Below are positions 9,730 to 19,867 of a stretch of DNA of 64,000 bases, piece after piece. The notes under the pieces are model-generated. The model ran no database searches. It had not been told where the DNA came from and saw only the letters and a program-made list of their open reading frames with translations. Both the position numbers and the translations under genes were made by a program. Each line of letters starts with the position of its first letter. The stretch's first letter is position 1. The DNA comes from Salinisphaeraceae bacterium (GTDB lineage: Bacteria; Pseudomonadota; Gammaproteobacteria; Nevskiales; Salinisphaeraceae): the NCBI GenBank assembly GCA_965216055.1, contig OZ244134.1:520781-584780 (forward strand), read 5' to 3'.

Positions 9730-11508
9730 ATGACTTCGCCCCCGAACAACCCCGATACCCCGGTCGCCTTCCGGGACCTTGGCCTGTCCGACGCCGTGAT
9801 GCGCGCGCTGGATTCGGTCGGCTATGAAACGCCCACGCCGATCCAGGCTGCCACCATCCCGCCGCTGCTGGCCGGCCAGGACATCCTGGGCCAGGCCCAG
9901 ACCGGTACCGGCAAGACCGCGGCCTTCGCGCTGCCGATCCTGTCGCGCCTGCCGGCCGGCGGCCGGGCACCGGGCGCGCTGGTGCTGGCGCCGACCCGGG
10001 AGCTGGCCATCCAGGTGGCCGAGGCCTTCCAGCGCTATGCCGCCGCCATTCCCGGCTTCCACGTGCTGCCGATCTACGGCGGTCAGAGCTACCAGCCGCA
10101 GCTGGCGGCCCTGAAACGCGGCGTGGACGTGGTGGTGGGCACCCCGGGCCGGGTGGTGGACCACATCAAGCGCGGCACCCTCAAGCTGGACAACCTGAGC
10201 TGGGCGGTGCTGGACGAAGCCGACGAAATGCTGCGCATGGGTTTCATCGACGACGTGGAATGGATTCTGGGCAAGACCCCGCCGCAGCGTCAGGTGGCCC
10301 TGTTCTCCGCCACCATGCCGCCGGCGATCCGGCGCATCGCCCGCACCCATCTCAAGGACGCGCAGGAAGTCACCATCGCGTCGAAAACCAGTACCGCCAC
10401 CAACATCCGGCAGCGCTACTGGATCGCGGTGGGGGCCAGCAAGCTGGAAGCCCTGACCCGGCTGCTGGATGCCGAACCCTTCGACGCCATGCTGGTGTTC
10501 GCCCGCACCAGGAAGGCCACGGATGATCTGGCCGAACGCCTGGCCGCCCGCGGCCACGCCTGTGCGGCCCTGAACGGCGACATCGCCCAGGCCCAGCGCG
10601 AGCGCACCGTCGCCCGGCTCAAGAACAAGCAGCTGGACATCATCGTGGCAACGGACGTGGCCGCCCGCGGGCTCGACGTGGACCGCATCAGCCACGTGAT
10701 CAACTTCGACATCCCGCACGACACCGAAGCCTACGTCCACCGCATCGGCCGCACCGGCCGGGCCGGACGCATGGGCGACGCGATCCTGTTCGTCACCCCG
10801 CGGGAAAAGCATCTGTTCAAGGCCATCGAACGCGCCACGCGTCAGCCCATCGAGCCGATGGACCTGCCCGGCGTCGAGGAAGTCAACGAACAGCGCAAAC
10901 AAAGATTTACCAGCCGCATCACCGACTCCCTGGCCGGCGGCGGGCTGGACAACTACCGCGCCCTGATCGAGGACTACCTCGCCAGCGAGAACGCCGACCC
11001 GATCGACGTGGCCGCGGCGCTGGCCCGCATGGCCCAGGGCAGCGAGCCGTTGTTCATCAAGCCCGGCAAGGTCGACCGGCCGAGTGAAGCACGCGCACCC
11101 TCACCGGCCGCCAGCCCCAGACCGAAAGCCCGCAAGGACGGCAAGCCCCGACCGGTGGCCGAAGGCGTGGAAGTCTTCCGCATCGAAGTGGGCCGCGAGC
11201 ACGGCGTGGAACCCCGCAACATCGTCGGCGCCATCGCCAGCGAAGCCGGGGTGGAGGCCCAGCACATCGGCCGCATCGACATCCGCGAAGATCACAGCCT
11301 GGTGGAACTGCCCCCCGGCATGCCGCGCGAGATCTTCCGCCATCTCAAGACGGTGTGGGTAGCCAACCGGCAGCTGGCCATCTCCCGCGCCGACAGCCCC
11401 GCCCTGCAACCCTCCGACAAGCCGAGGCGCAAGCCCAAGGCCGCGGCCGGCAAGCCCAGGAAGGCAAAAAAGGCGAAGAAGCCCAAGCCGCGCGGCCCGG
11501 CTGAATAG
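9730..11508 (+). CDS. deaD: DEAD-box RNA helicase DeaD/CsdA
   Basis: AQTGTGKT, PTRELA, LDEADEM, SAT, HRIGRTGRAG and a C-terminal DbpA-type RNA-binding domain. Confidence 0.93.
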   Translation: MTSPPNNPDTPVAFRDLGLSDAVMRALDSVGYETPTPIQAATIPPLLAGQDILGQAQTGTGKTAAFALPILSRLPAGGRAPGALVLAPTRELAIQVAEAFQRYAAAIPGFHVLPIYGGQSYQPQLAALKRGVDVVVGTPGRVVDHIKRGTLKLDNLSWAVLDEADEMLRMGFIDDVEWILGKTPPQRQVALFSATMPPAIRRIARTHLKDAQEVTIASKTSTATNIRQRYWIAVGASKLEALTRLLDAEPFDAMLVFARTRKATDDLAERLAARGHACAALNGDIAQAQRERTVARLKNKQLDIIVATDVAARGLDVDRISHVINFDIPHDTEAYVHRIGRTGRAGRMGDAILFVTPREKHLFKAIERATRQPIEPMDLPGVEEVNEQRKQRFTSRITDSLAGGGLDNYRALIEDYLASENADPIDVAAALARMAQGSEPLFIKPGKVDRPSEARAPSPAASPRPKARKDGKPRPVAEGVEVFRIEVGREHGVEPRNIVGAIASEAGVEAQHIGRIDIREDHSLVELPPGMPREIFRHLKTVWVANRQLAISRADSPALQPSDKPRRKPKAAAGKPRKAKKAKKPKPRGPAE

Positions 11509-11638
11509 CACGGCCGGGGCCATGATCACCAGGGCATGACGGCCGGCCTGGCCGGGTAGGGTCAATCGCCCGTCGCTGTGTCAGCATCCGGGATCATGGA
11601 CACCGCCGCCAGCCAGGCGGTACAACCCCGGAGCCCAC

Positions 11639-11920
11639 ATGGTCTACGCCCTGCTGCAACTCAACGTCACGGACGCCGACGCCCTGGCCGCCTACCGCGA
11701 AAAGGCGGCCGAAGCCCTCGCCCGCCACGGCGGCAAGGTGGAAGCCGCCGCCCCGCAACCCACCGTACTGGAGGGCGAACGGGCCGCACCCGACATTGCC
11801 GGCGTCCTGAGCTTCCCGGACCGCGACTCCGCCCTCGCCTGGATCGACGACCCGGACCTGCAGGAACTGCATGCGCTGCGGCGGAAAGGGGCAGAGAGCA
11901 GTATCGTCCTGGTGGGATAG
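11639..11920 (+). CDS. DUF1330 family protein
   Basis: 93 aa; AYREKAAEALARHGGK...LEG...LSFPDRDSALAWIDDPDLQ pattern. Confidence 0.8.
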   Translation: MVYALLQLNVTDADALAAYREKAAEALARHGGKVEAAAPQPTVLEGERAAPDIAGVLSFPDRDSALAWIDDPDLQELHALRRKGAESSIVLVG

Positions 11921-12361
11921 CCACCACCCATGCCGCAGGCAAAACAGACGCCTCGATAAGCCGGCAAGTAGCAAGGGATGGCGGCCGGATACGGACTCGG
12001 CAGTTCTGTGTGACGCTAAGCGGTCCGCGGAATCGACATTAGCCGTGTGCGCATTTAGCCGTGGGCAGGAGAGTCAAGCCCGGATAAATCACGAGGGACG
12101 CACATCCTCGTCCTGTTTGTGGCGTCACCACCAAATCTATGGTGAATCGCACTCTCCACGTTTACCGAAGGCAGAGGAAACCATGTCCGTGACGCCGACT
12201 CCCTGTCTGGCAGCGTGTCCGTGTGTTACCAATTGACCAACTGAAACGCGAAAGCCAATCCAATGCTGCGGCAGGTGATGGCAATTAGGGCATAGCCACG
12301 TGCCGAATTACGCGACCCCATGCAATCGGTGTTACCGGAGAACTGGCCGCGAGGCCTCCCT

Positions 12362-15220
12362 ATGCAGCTCCGCCGCCTATCACAGCTGAGCATCACCGCC
12401 GCCACGGCCGGCCTGGTCTTGCTTGCAGCGGGCAGTGTGTACCTGGTGGTGGCCTTTCAGGATCACGTAGCGGCAGTCGCGACCCTCAATCAGCTCCAAT
12501 TCGCGGTCGCCGAACTGGGCGTGAAGGTCGGCCAACTGGACGTAGATGCGCAGACAACGCTCAACGTTGCCGCTACCAGGAAGAATCTCGACCAGGCACG
12601 AGCGGCCCTGCGCAACATCGACCACCCGCTGACCGCCGCAGCCCGGCGGCACGCCGAGGAGATTGAGGCCGCACTGCCTGGCTTCATATCCGCTCCCGGT
12701 ACGGCCGAGGATCGTGCGACTATCGTGCGACGCCTCGACCATCTGCGCCGGCTGGAGTCCCGGTTGACCCTGGCCGAGTCCGCCATTCTCCAGGACCGGC
12801 ACCGGCTGCTCGACCACCTAATGATGGTCGCCGTCGCGATATTCGGCGGGTTTGCCCTGACCTTCGGCCTACTGTCGATCGCTGGCTTTCGTATTATTCA
12901 TCGGCGAATCCTGCGCCCGGTGCAGACACTGACCGACGCCGCCCGCGCGGTGGAACGGGGCGACCTGGAACATCCCGTCACGGATACCACCAACGACGAG
13001 TTCGCAGGCTTGGCCCGGGCATTCAATTCGATGCTGGAGCACCTGCGGCGCCGCGATCGGGAGGTCCACGATTACCAGCGCGAACTCACCCGTACCCTGA
13101 CCGAGCGCACGGCCGTGCTCGACGCCTTACCCGCCCATATCGCCCTGCTCGATAACGAAGGCGTCATCCAGGACGTCAACAATCGCTGGCGTCACTTTGC
13201 CCGGGCCAACAACTACACCGACTCCGAGTCCGGCGTGGGCCGCAACTACCTGACGATCTGCGAACAGGCCACCGGCGAGTGGTCCGACGAGGCAAAGGAG
13301 GTTGCAAGCGGCATCCGCGCCGTGCTCGCGGGCGACCGCAGCGAGTTCGTGCTGGAGTACCCCTGCCACTCACCGGACCTCAAGCGCTGGTTCCGCGTGA
13401 TGGCGACCCGGATCGAGCCGGTCGCGGATACAGGCGACGAGCCTGTAATGGCCGGCGCCGTGGTTGCTCATATCGATATCACCGAGCGCCGTCTCGCCGA
13501 GGAGCACGTACAAGAGCAGGCCTATTTGCTGCAAACCGCAGGCCGCCTGGCCGGCTTCGGCGGCTGGTCCACCAATCTCGCGACCGAGGAGGTGACCATG
13601 TCGGACGAGATTGCGGCCATCGTCGACCTGCCACCCGGGCCGAGCATCACCGTGGCCGAGGCGATCATGGACTTCTATGCCGAGGGCTCGCGCGAACGCC
13701 TCCGCGCCTGCTGGGAGGCCTGCGTCGCGCACGGCACCCCCTGGGACGAGGAACTGGAAATCATCACTGCCCACGGTCGCCGCATCTGGGTGCGCCTGAC
13801 CGGCGAAGCGGTGCGTGACGAGGCGGACCGGATTACCCACGTTCACGGCGCGCTGCAGGACATCACCGCCTACAAGCACATCGAGAGTGAGCTGCGTCGC
13901 CTGGCCTACGAGGATGCTCTCACTGGGCTGGCATCGCGGCTGGGCTTCCAGAGCCGGCTTAGTGGACTGCTTACAGATACCGCCAATGCTGGCGGCCATC
14001 TTGCGATCATTGACCTGAAAGGGTTGAACGACGTCAACCAGGCCTATGGATATGCTTTCGGCGACCAGCTTCTAGTCGCAGTCGCCCGCCGGCTGAAGGC
14101 AGCAACCCGAGAACCCGGACTCGTGGGCCGGGTCGGCGGCGACCAGTTCGCCCTGCTTGACTACCGGACCGCGTGCGCCGCGGCCTCGGCGCACAATCTG
14201 GTTGACTGGCTGGAAGGCCTGTTCCGGGATGCGTTCGAGATTGACGACACACAGCTGCGCATGCGGGCGACCTTCGGCGTCGCCGCACTGGAAGCGGCAG
14301 ATGTCGATGGCGAGGAGGTCATGCGCCGCGCGCACCTCGCCTTCCACACGGCGCGCGAGCGCGAGGACCGCCACTGGGAGGTGTACCAACCGACGTTGGA
14401 CGAGGCCGCGATCGAGCGCATCCGCCTGACGGAGGATCTGGACCTGGCTCTTTCCCGCAACCAGTTCGAGCTGCATTTCCAGCCCAAGGTCCGGTTACAG
14501 GACGGCCAGATAGTGTCTGCCGAGGCGCTAATTCGCTGGCGGCATCCCACGCACGGGCTGGTGCCCCCGGATCGCTTCATTCCACTGGCCGAGCGCTCGA
14601 GGGCGATCCTGCCGATAGGCGAGTGGGTAATCCGCGAGGCCTGCCTGCACCTACGCGAGTGGCAGCGCGAGGCGTTCGCGGCAGCTAATTTGGCGGTTAA
14701 CTTGTCCATGTTGCAGCTGACCGAATCCGACCTCGCGGAAACCGTCGCCCGTATCGTCCGCGAAACCGGAGTCGAGCCCGGCGGGCTATCGCTGGAGATC
14801 ACGGAGAGCCTGCTCGAGCGCGAGCCGGCCGCCGTTGGCGGGCAGCTCGCACGACTACACGACATTGGCGTGCGACTGTCCCTGGACGACTTCGGTACCG
14901 GCTACGCCTCCCTGGGCCATCTCAACCGCTATCCCTTCGACGAAATCAAGATCGACCGCGTGTTCATCGCCGACTGCGCCACACAACACTATAGCCGCGA
15001 GATCATCCGCATGATCATCCGGATCGGCAAGGTCCTAGAATGCGACGTGGTGGCCGAAGGTATCGAGACCTTGGCCCAAAGTGACCTGCTGCAGCAACTA
15101 GGCTGTAATGTGGGACAGGGCTATTACTACAGCCTTCCACTAAAGCCCGAGGACCTGCGCTGGCTGTTGGCTAGCCGCCTGCAGCTGCCAATTGCGATGA
15201 ACGGCTTCCCGACCCGCTGA
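12362..15220 (+). CDS. Membrane-anchored HAMP-PAS-PAS-GGDEF(degenerate)-EAL c-di-GMP signalling protein
   Basis: Two TM segments, HAMP (DEFAGLARAFNSM), two PAS-like segments, GGDQF, then AEALIRW, DDFGTGYASL, IKIDR, VAEGIET. Confidence 0.9.
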   Translation: MQLRRLSQLSITAATAGLVLLAAGSVYLVVAFQDHVAAVATLNQLQFAVAELGVKVGQLDVDAQTTLNVAATRKNLDQARAALRNIDHPLTAAARRHAEEIEAALPGFISAPGTAEDRATIVRRLDHLRRLESRLTLAESAILQDRHRLLDHLMMVAVAIFGGFALTFGLLSIAGFRIIHRRILRPVQTLTDAARAVERGDLEHPVTDTTNDEFAGLARAFNSMLEHLRRRDREVHDYQRELTRTLTERTAVLDALPAHIALLDNEGVIQDVNNRWRHFARANNYTDSESGVGRNYLTICEQATGEWSDEAKEVASGIRAVLAGDRSEFVLEYPCHSPDLKRWFRVMATRIEPVADTGDEPVMAGAVVAHIDITERRLAEEHVQEQAYLLQTAGRLAGFGGWSTNLATEEVTMSDEIAAIVDLPPGPSITVAEAIMDFYAEGSRERLRACWEACVAHGTPWDEELEIITAHGRRIWVRLTGEAVRDEADRITHVHGALQDITAYKHIESELRRLAYEDALTGLASRLGFQSRLSGLLTDTANAGGHLAIIDLKGLNDVNQAYGYAFGDQLLVAVARRLKAATREPGLVGRVGGDQFALLDYRTACAAASAHNLVDWLEGLFRDAFEIDDTQLRMRATFGVAALEAADVDGEEVMRRAHLAFHTAREREDRHWEVYQPTLDEAAIERIRLTEDLDLALSRNQFELHFQPKVRLQDGQIVSAEALIRWRHPTHGLVPPDRFIPLAERSRAILPIGEWVIREACLHLREWQREAFAAANLAVNLSMLQLTESDLAETVARIVRETGVEPGGLSLEITESLLEREPAAVGGQLARLHDIGVRLSLDDFGTGYASLGHLNRYPFDEIKIDRVFIADCATQHYSREIIRMIIRIGKVLECDVVAEGIETLAQSDLLQQLGCNVGQGYYYSLPLKPEDLRWLLASRLQLPIAMNGFPTR

Positions 15221-15517
15221 GCCGGCTTCCGGGGCAAACTCGAGGCTACGGGACTATATTTGAGCCGGGCAACGCCCGTTCAGTTCTCTCCTGGCAGCCC
15301 CATAGAAGTCGCTGCGGCGAATCAGGCAGGGCTTTGCCTTACCTAGGGCCACCAAAGCAGACCCCGCATGCCAGGAATCAGCCTGCAAACGACTTTGCCC
15401 TAAAAACATCGGACGCGCGGGAAGCAAAGCCCTGCTCCGATACACAAGTCTCGGCAGTAAGAAGCCTTAAATCGGCGCCAAAGCGCCCTTGGCCGATTAC
15501 TGACGACGCGGGATAAA

Positions 15518-15593
15518 TGGTGGCCGGGGGCGGAATCGAACCACCGACACTGCGATTTTCAGTCGCATGCTCTACCAACTGAGCTACCCGGCC
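15518..15593 (-). tRNA. tRNA-Phe (GAA)
   Basis: Reverse complement GGCCGGGTAGCTCAGTTGGTAGAGCATGCGACTGAAAATCGCAGTGTCGGTGGTTCGATTCCGCCCCCGGCCACCA: 76 nt, canonical D and T arms, anticodon GAA, encoded CCA. Confidence 0.97.
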
Positions 15594-15673
15594 AGGGTAT
15601 CCGGCGATGACCATCGCCGTTCGGAGCGCGGTATTAAACCGATCGGGCCCTGCCCCGTCAAGCAGACGGGCCG

Positions 15674-15964
15674 CTATTCGCTGTTGGCGCTGCCCTCTTC
15701 CGGCGGCACCCAGTGGGTCTCGGCGGTTTCGCCGCTGCCGAAGAAATACTCTTCCATCTGCTCGGTGAGGAATTCGCGCGCCTTGGGGTCGGCCAGGTGC
15801 AGGCCGTATTCGTTGATCAGGCGGGTCTGCTCCGTCAGCCACTGCTGCCAGGCCTGGGCGGAGACGTTGTCGTAGATGCGCTGACCGATGTCGCCGGGCA
15901 GCGGCGGGCGGGGCAGGCCCTCGGCTTCCTGGCCGAGCTTGACGCATTGCACGGTGCGGCTCAT
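15674..15964 (-). CDS. yggX: Oxidative-damage protection / Fe(II)-trafficking protein YggX
   Basis: MSRTVQCVKLGQEAEGL...GQRIYDNVSAQAWQQW...LINEYGL. Confidence 0.93.
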   Translation of the reverse strand: MSRTVQCVKLGQEAEGLPRPPLPGDIGQRIYDNVSAQAWQQWLTEQTRLINEYGLHLADPKAREFLTEQMEEYFFGSGETAETHWVPPEEGSANSE

Positions 15965-17064
15965 GTCGATTCGTCTCCCGGGAGTTGGCGGATGAGTCTG
16001 GCCAGGGGCGCCGGCAGCGCCGGTGGGCGCGTGCGCGAGTGCCAGGCCAGTTGCTGGTCGTCGTCCATGATACCGGCGCCGTCGCGTACTCGCAGGGCCA
16101 GCGGTGCGATCCGCAGCTGGAAGTGGGTGAAGCCGTGATCCACTTCGGACAGTGCCTCGGCGCCGCTCAGGGGTTCGACACCCAGGCGGCGGCGACAGTA
16201 GTCAACGGGTTCGGCATCGTCCGGCAGCTCCGGCAACGCCCACAGACCGCCCCAGATGCCGGCGGGCGGACGCCGATGCAGCAGCAACTGATCATCCGCG
16301 CGGCGCAGAACCAGCATGCGGGTACGGCGGATCGGCCGCTGGCGGCGCTTGCGCGGCGCGGGGATCTCGGCCTCGATCCCGGCGCGCCGGGCGGCGCACA
16401 GATCGGCTACCGGACAGCGGTCGCAGGCGGGCTGACCACGCCCGCAGACGGTGGCGCCCAGGTCCATGATGGCCTGGGTGTAGTCGGCCAGGCGTTCATG
16501 GGGGGTGTGGTGTTCGGCATGGTCCCACAGCCGCTTTTCCCAGGCGGATTCGCCCGGGGCGCCGCGTTCCGCGTGCAGCCGCGCGAGCACCCGCTTGGCG
16601 TTACCGTCGAGCATGGCGGCACGCCGGCCGAAGGCCTGGGCGGCGATGGCCCCCGCCGTGGAGCGCCCAATGCCGGGCAGTGCCTGCAGGGCGGCCGGAT
16701 CGTCGGGCAGTTCGCCACCGTGTTCCGCCACGATCTGCCGGGCGGCGGCATGCAGATTGCGCGCGCGGGCATAGTAGCCCAGCCCGGCCCAGTGCTGCAT
16801 CACAGCGTCGCTGTCGGCGGCTGCCAGGTCCGCCACGGTGGGGAATCGGGCCATGAAGGCCTGGAAATAGGGAATGACCGTGGCCACCTGCGTCTGCTGC
16901 AGCATGATCTCGGACACCCACACGCGATAGCCGCTGCGGGGGTTCTGCCAGGGAAGATCATGGCGGCCGTGGCGGTCAAACCAGGCCAGCAGCCGGCGGG
17001 CGAACTCCGTGGGCGGGGACGATTGCCCGTCCCCGCCCGCGCCGGCAGGTCGCGCCCGCGTCAC
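15961..17064 (-). CDS. mutY: A/G-specific adenine glycosylase MutY
   Basis: WVSEIMLQQTQV, WAGLGYYARARNL, LPGIGRSTAGAI and a 4Fe-4S Cys motif. Confidence 0.95.
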   Translation of the reverse strand: MTRARPAGAGGDGQSSPPTEFARRLLAWFDRHGRHDLPWQNPRSGYRVWVSEIMLQQTQVATVIPYFQAFMARFPTVADLAAADSDAVMQHWAGLGYYARARNLHAAARQIVAEHGGELPDDPAALQALPGIGRSTAGAIAAQAFGRRAAMLDGNAKRVLARLHAERGAPGESAWEKRLWDHAEHHTPHERLADYTQAIMDLGATVCGRGQPACDRCPVADLCAARRAGIEAEIPAPRKRRQRPIRRTRMLVLRRADDQLLLHRRPPAGIWGGLWALPELPDDAEPVDYCRRRLGVEPLSGAEALSEVDHGFTHFQLRIAPLALRVRDGAGIMDDDQQLAWHSRTRPPALPAPLARLIRQLPGDEST

Positions 17065-19319
17065 TGCGCGGCTTCGGCGTCCTCGGCCGGCTGCTCGTCG
17101 GCGGGCTGCTCCTCAGCCTTTTGCTCTTCGGCCTTCTTCTTGCCGCCCCCGAACAGACCGCCGAGCCCTTCCTGAAGCTCCTTCTGCAGCTTGTCGCCGA
17201 GCTTCTTCTTTTCTTCCTCGACTTCCTTGTTCACCTTCTCGCGCAGTTCGGCCTTTTCCTCTTCTAGTTCCTGCTTGAGCTCGGCCTTTTCCTGATCCAG
17301 TTTCTGGCGCGCGACGCCCTTGAGCGCACTTTGCACGTCAATGGAGTAGCTCGGCGAGAACAGGTTGCCGGATAACTTGATGGGAATGTCGAAGCCGGCT
17401 AACTCCTTGAGTACCTTGTTGTCGACGTCTTCGGCGACGTTGGCGATCACGGTGTAGTCCAGGTTGTTGGTGACCAGATTGAAACTGCCGTCGCCGCCGA
17501 GTCTGGCTACCGGGGTATTCAGGTTGAGATCACCGCCCTTGAGCAGACCGTCGGTCACCGAGAACGAGGCCGCGAAGCGCGAGAATGCGGTGGTGCCATC
17601 AGCTCCAGTTGCGCTGGCATCCCCGCCCAGAATCTTGTTGCGGGCCAGAGTCAGGATGCGGGACAGGTCGAACCCCGCGAACTGCCCGTTACGGAATTCA
17701 AACGCGATCGACCCGTCCAGCGAGCGCTTGATCTGCTCAAGCGTATTCCCGGTGGTGGTGAGATCGATATCCAGATTGGCCAGCGCGGCAATCTTTTCGT
17801 TGCCGATCAGGTCCTTGACCAGCGGCCCCAGTTGCAGGCCGTTGAGCTTGCCCTTAATGGCGTAGCTGGGCTGCTCGCTCGCGGCGTTGACGGTGCTCTG
17901 CATGCGCAGCGTGCCGTTGTAGAGGTTGGCCCCCAGCGGCTGGACTTCAAGCACGCCGTCGCGGGCGGTCACTGCCAGCTCGGCGTCCTGGATCTTGAGT
18001 TTGGAGACGGTCAGGTCGCCGGCCGTGATCTTGCCGTCCAGCCGCAGATTCTTTATCGGATCGAGCTCGATCCGGGTACTGACCGCCTCGGCCGGCTCTT
18101 CCGGTTCGGCAGCTCGCTCGTTATCACCCTCGGCAGCCGGCGGCAGATAGCGGTCCACATTCATCTTGTCCAGCGCCAGCTGGAAGCCGATATCGGGGTT
18201 GGCGAAGTCGGCCACGTTGGCGCCGCCCTTGAGGCTGCTGTCGTCGATCTCGATCAGCAACTGGTCGAGCGTGGCGCTGTTCAGCCCGGCTTCGAAATGC
18301 GTATCCAGCCCGGCGCTGGTCAGCACGCTGTCGTCGCTGGTGGCGGGCGGGTCCATGCCCAGATTCTTCATCACGGTGCGCGGATTGAATGACTGCACCG
18401 TTAGCTGCCCGGTGAAGGCCGGCTTGCCCATGATATCGCTGCCATTCACGTTGGCGGCCACGCTCAGGCCGGCGCCTTCCAGGGCGAGATCGCTGACCTT
18501 GAGGCGGCCGGTTGACAGGTCGGCTTCGCCGTTGCCGGTCAGGGACAGCGTCTGCTTGCCGCCCGGCACCGCGTTGCCCTCGGCCTCGACGTCCACCGCC
18601 AGGTCACTCAAGCGGTAGAACTGGTTTTCCACGTCCGGCAGCACGTCCGCGGACAGGCTGGTGCGGCTGTCGATGCCCAGTTCGTCGGAGGTGAAGCGAA
18701 AGCCCAGGTCCACCGGGAACGATTCACCCAGAACCACCGTGCCGGTGGAAAGGTTCACGTCCACCAGCTGGTAGGTCTTGTCGCCGTCGCGGAACGTCAC
18801 CGCGGCGTCCGACACTTCCACCGCGCCGATTTCCAGCGAATCGATGGCGAATCCGCCCTGTTCCTCCGGTGCCGGCTCGGGTGCCGGTTCTTCCTCGGTA
18901 TCCTCACTGGCGAAGGCCTCGACCAGATCATCCCAGTTGGTGGTGCCGTTGGCGTTGCGGGCCAGCCGCAGACGCAGGCCGTTGAGGCCGACCGTGCCCA
19001 CTTCGATGCGCTTGCTCAGCAGCGGCAGCAGTCGCACGCTGACTTCCGCCGTGCCGATTTCCGCAAAGGGTTCCTCGCCGAAGCCTTCGGCGTTGGCCAG
19101 CCGTGATTCGCCGATCTCCACCCCCAGCCAGGGAAACACCGACAGCGAGATATCCCCGCTCATGGAGAATTCGCGCCCGGTCTGCTCCTCGACCACCGCG
19201 GCGATCTGGTCGCGATAGTCGTTGGGGTCGATCAGCAGAGGCAGCGCAATGGCCGCCGCCACAATCAGCGCGACCAGCACACCGATCACGATAAGCACAA
19301 TTTTGATCACACGCTTCAT
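17061..19319 (-). CDS. asmA: AsmA family protein
   Basis: N-terminal anchor, DPNDYRDQI...GDISLSVFPWLG; conserved asmA-mutY-yggX gene order. Confidence 0.9.
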   Translation of the reverse strand: MKRVIKIVLIVIGVLVALIVAAAIALPLLIDPNDYRDQIAAVVEEQTGREFSMSGDISLSVFPWLGVEIGESRLANAEGFGEEPFAEIGTAEVSVRLLPLLSKRIEVGTVGLNGLRLRLARNANGTTNWDDLVEAFASEDTEEEPAPEPAPEEQGGFAIDSLEIGAVEVSDAAVTFRDGDKTYQLVDVNLSTGTVVLGESFPVDLGFRFTSDELGIDSRTSLSADVLPDVENQFYRLSDLAVDVEAEGNAVPGGKQTLSLTGNGEADLSTGRLKVSDLALEGAGLSVAANVNGSDIMGKPAFTGQLTVQSFNPRTVMKNLGMDPPATSDDSVLTSAGLDTHFEAGLNSATLDQLLIEIDDSSLKGGANVADFANPDIGFQLALDKMNVDRYLPPAAEGDNERAAEPEEPAEAVSTRIELDPIKNLRLDGKITAGDLTVSKLKIQDAELAVTARDGVLEVQPLGANLYNGTLRMQSTVNAASEQPSYAIKGKLNGLQLGPLVKDLIGNEKIAALANLDIDLTTTGNTLEQIKRSLDGSIAFEFRNGQFAGFDLSRILTLARNKILGGDASATGADGTTAFSRFAASFSVTDGLLKGGDLNLNTPVARLGGDGSFNLVTNNLDYTVIANVAEDVDNKVLKELAGFDIPIKLSGNLFSPSYSIDVQSALKGVARQKLDQEKAELKQELEEEKAELREKVNKEVEEEKKKLGDKLQKELQEGLGGLFGGGKKKAEEQKAEEQPADEQPAEDAEAAQ

Positions 19320-19481
19320 GAGAGTCCGTTTCCCTGGAACAAGCGACTGAACCGGTGCGAGCCACACCTGCGGCCAAGCCTGCCGCGTGGCCGGACTGTC
19401 CGCAAGCCGGGGAATGTTCACGCCGGCGCTGTTGAAGCGTTATTCTACGCGGCTGACTCGCTGCCGATGCCGGGCGACCCG

Positions 19482-19682
19482 ATGCAGATTCAGCTCAATG
19501 GTGAACCCAGGACCGTGGAAGACGATGCGGATCTGGATCGGCTGATCGCCGACCTGGGCCTGGACGGGCGCCGCCTGGCGGTGGAAGTCAACGGCGATAT
19601 CGTCACCCGGACCGCCCGCGCCGGTCATGCGCTGAAAGATGGTGACCGGATCGAGATCGTTCACGCTATTGGTGGTGGGTGA
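19482..19682 (+). CDS. thiS: Sulfur carrier protein ThiS
   Basis: MQIQLNGE...AVEVNGDIV...IEIVHAIGGG with C-terminal GG. Confidence 0.95.
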   Translation: MQIQLNGEPRTVEDDADLDRLIADLGLDGRRLAVEVNGDIVTRTARAGHALKDGDRIEIVHAIGGG

Positions 19683-19692
19683 GCCGGAAACA

Positions 19693-19777
19693 GCGCGAGC
19701 ACTGCTCGCGCCCGGCGAACGCCCGCCAGGATGGCGGGCCGGATGGCGTTAGAATCCAGGGCGAGGACAGGAAGTCC
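19693..19777 (+). repeat. Cluster of short hairpins with GGA-containing loops in the thiS-thiG spacer
   Basis: GCGCGAGC-act-GCTCGCGC, GCCCGCC-aggat-GGCGGGC, GCC-ggat-GGC and GGAC-aggaa-GTCC seen directly. Confidence 0.5.
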
Positions 19778-19867
19778 GAGCGTGCCAGCGTTCCATAAGG
19801 CAACAAACTCACTCTACCCGGTATTCGTGATGCCCGAGCTTGGTGCCAAGATTTACCCACAACACAC

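Noticed and set aside
12040-12330. Possible c-di-GMP-I riboswitch upstream of the GGDQF-EAL gene (GGGACGCA and GAAAGCC fragments, one hairpin)
   Set aside because: The fragments do not occur in the order or pairing required for the GEMM fold. An Rfam scan would settle it.
15220-15517. Integrase remnant beside tRNA-Phe
   Set aside because: No recognisable tyrosine recombinase fragment in any frame.
17061-17300. K/E-rich repetitive C-terminus of AsmA
   Set aside because: Low-complexity coiled-coil tail common in this family, not a separate repeat system.
19330-19867. TPP riboswitch for thiS/thiG
   Set aside because: No CTGAGA or ACCTGA...GTAGGGA core is visible upstream of thiS or in the spacer.
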